Assembly: GCF_044704955.1 (NCBI RefSeq)
Contig: NC_091980.1
Coordinates: 86,180,001-86,244,000, forward strand
DNA length: 64,000 nt
Source: Pristiophorus japonicus
Lineage: Eukaryota
Direction of reading: 5' to 3'
Position numbers and translations under genes: made by a program. Within the stretch, counting starts at the first letter, position 1; the number at the start of each line of letters is the position of its first letter. This document shows positions 62,477 through 64,000 of the stretch, piece by piece. The notes below the pieces were generated by a model, which had not been told where the DNA came from, searched no databases, and was given only the letters and a program-made list of their open reading frames with translations.

Positions 62477-62778
62477 TTCTTTGATGTTCAGCCATCAAAG
62501 AACTCACTTTGGGAGTGAAAGCAGGTCTTCCTCGTTTCCGAGGGACTGCCTGTAATGATGAGGAGAAAAGGTAATGGCCAAGGGACTACCAGGACGAACA
62601 GGGTTCACTCCTCGGTGGATCGGGCCATACCAAATCTTGAAAGTGATGAAACCTGCGCATGCGTGGATATGGGAGGATAAGGGCATTGGAAACATTGGTC
62701 CCAGCTGAAACCAACTGATCTGTAGTGGACAGCCTCAGGGCATACACCCTTTGTCTTTACAAGATGGCGTAATAGAAA

Positions 62779-64000
62779 CTCTTTTGGAGTTTATCTGCAA
62801 AAACAAAAGACATTAAACCGTGCCACCCTACCTGGGTGACACACCAGACATTTACAAGGCCCTTTTTTTTCCTTTTTTTTTGTGTTTTTCTTTTTTTTTT
62901 TGGTTTTTTTTTGGGCACTAAAATCACAATTTTTCCCCAGTGCCCCCTATAAAAGGGAAGGGGGACACTAAAAGCACCGACAATTAAAAAATTAAACTTT
63001 AAAACGTAAAATCAAATTAAAATTTGGTTGCCGGGCGTGATGATGCACTCCAGTCCCTCCGGTGCCCACCTCTCGCGGAAGGCCGCGAGCGTACCGGTGG
63101 ACACCGCGTGCTCCATCTCCAAGGACACCCTGGACCGGATGTAAGAGCGGAAGAGAGACAGGCAGTCAGGTTGAACGACCACCTCGACCGCCCACTGCCT
63201 GGACCGGCTAATGGCACCCTTGGCCGTGCCCAGGAGCAGTCCTACGAGGAGGCCTTCGGACCTACCTGCTCCCCTCCGCACAGAGTGCCCAAAGATCAGG
63301 AGAGTGGGACTGAAGTGCAGCCAGAATTTCAGGAGCAGCCCCTTCAAATAATGGAACAGGGGCTGCAACCTCGTGCACTCAATAAAAACATGGAACACGG
63401 ACTCCTCCAGACCGCAGAAATTGCAGGCGGCCTGGGAGTCCGTGAACCGGCTTAAAAATTTGTTGCACGGCACTGCTCCGTGCACCACCCTCCAGGCCAA
63501 GTCCCCGATGAATAGTGGGAGGACCCCTGCGTAGAGGGCCCTCCATCGGGGACCCCCGCCTCCTCCGGACGGCAAGATGGTACGCCATGGCGTGTCCGGA
63601 CGGTAGGCGAGGATGGCAAAGTTGAGAGTGTGCAGGAGCAGCCCGTACAAGAAACCCCTCCGCGCGGAACTGAAAGGCACGGAGGGGATTTCCCCGAGGC
63701 GGCTCAAGTTGTGAGGCGCCGGCCCCCGAGGGAGGTTCCGGGGTTTGGCGCCGATGAGGAATTCCGTCCGGACGGGGGTCAGTTCGGACGGGATCTCCCC
63801 ACGTGCTTGAGCCTCCTCGATGCACCTAACGGAGTCAGGGCCCAGAGCTGTTTTTAGCGACTCGATGGCATCGGCTGCGTGGCGGACGTTGGCAGAATTT
63901 AGGCGCCGCGCCAGCGTGTCTGGCGCCATCCAGCCCGCTCCTCCGCCATCGAGCAGGTCCCTGACCCTGGTCACCTCACCTGCCACAGCCCTCTCTTCCG
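62779..64000 (-). mobile_element. Tx1-clade (L1 group) non-LTR retrotransposon, 3' end
   Basis: GC-rich ORF2 C-terminus plus A-rich 3' UTR; continues beyond the window. Confidence 0.8.
63012..64000 (-). CDS. Tx1-like ORF2 C-terminus with RT-associated zinc finger (partial)
   Basis: Open for more than 324 aa: GDLAWRVVHGAVPCN...CNFCGLEESVFHVFIECTRL...LLLGTAKGAI...FRERW. Confidence 0.8.
   Translation of the reverse strand, partial: EERAVAGEVTRVRDLLDGGGAGWMAPDTLARRLNSANVRHAADAIESLKTALGPDSVRCIEEAQARGEIPSELTPVRTEFLIGAKPRNLPRGPAPHNLSRLGEIPSVPFSSARRGFLYGLLLHTLNFAILAYRPDTPWRTILPSGGGGGPRWRALYAGVLPLFIGDLAWRVVHGAVPCNKFLSRFTDSQAACNFCGLEESVFHVFIECTRLQPLFHYLKGLLLKFWLHFSPTLLIFGHSVRRGAGRSEGLLVGLLLGTAKGAISRSRQWAVEVVVQPDCLSLFRSYIRSRVSLEMEHAVSTGTLAAFRERWAPEGLECIITPGNQILI

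Larger units (their letters stand above)
59075..62725 (+). pseudogene. pol: ERV pro-pol (protease, RT, tether, RNase H, integrase), with many stops and frameshifts
   Basis: LDDTGAS; NSPVWPIKKPD...TIDY..LNK; VLDIANGF; LQYVDDLLIAS; SAPVLGLP; AQVAELTAL...NIYLDSRYAFG; WWWP..CQQCITC; IIDQFTRWVEAF; IDSDQGTHF; GMVERMNRTLK; RWIGPY...WKHWSQLK. Confidence 0.92.
38764..62778 (+). mobile_element. Endogenous retrovirus, decayed and fragmented by nested insertions; 3' part outside the window or lost
   Basis: Co-linear LTR, tRNA-Ser PBS, repeat-rich leader, gag with PPPY, DTGA protease, YVDD RT, tether + RNaseH, HHCC/DDE integrase with GPY tail. Confidence 0.85.

Overview
This is eukaryotic, vertebrate DNA, most likely a cartilaginous fish (inferred from HER1-type CR1 LINEs, Deu-domain SINEs and RTE elements). 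Almost all of the window is transposable-element derived. I can identify no intact host gene, RNA gene or CRISPR array; there are only weak candidate exons at 3.6-12.8 kb. Elements present: the 3' end of a probable Academ DNA transposon, several Harbinger-type MITEs, many CR1/HER1 LINEs (two full length, with esterase-type ORF1), RTE fragments, SINEs, four Gypsy LTR retrotransposons plus a solo LTR, a two-gene PIF/Harbinger transposon and a Tx1-clade LINE. The main hidden structure is one decayed endogenous retrovirus stretched over about 24 kb (38764 to about 62780). It has a 5' LTR, a tRNA-Ser primer-binding site and a leader with about 26 tandem 32-bp repeats, each carrying a splice-donor consensus and, in alternate copies, a Kozak-context ATG. 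These are followed by a PPPY-bearing gag remnant and pro-RT-tether-RNaseH-IN. The provirus is split by a five-level nest of younger insertions. All coordinates were read by eye; no database searches were run.
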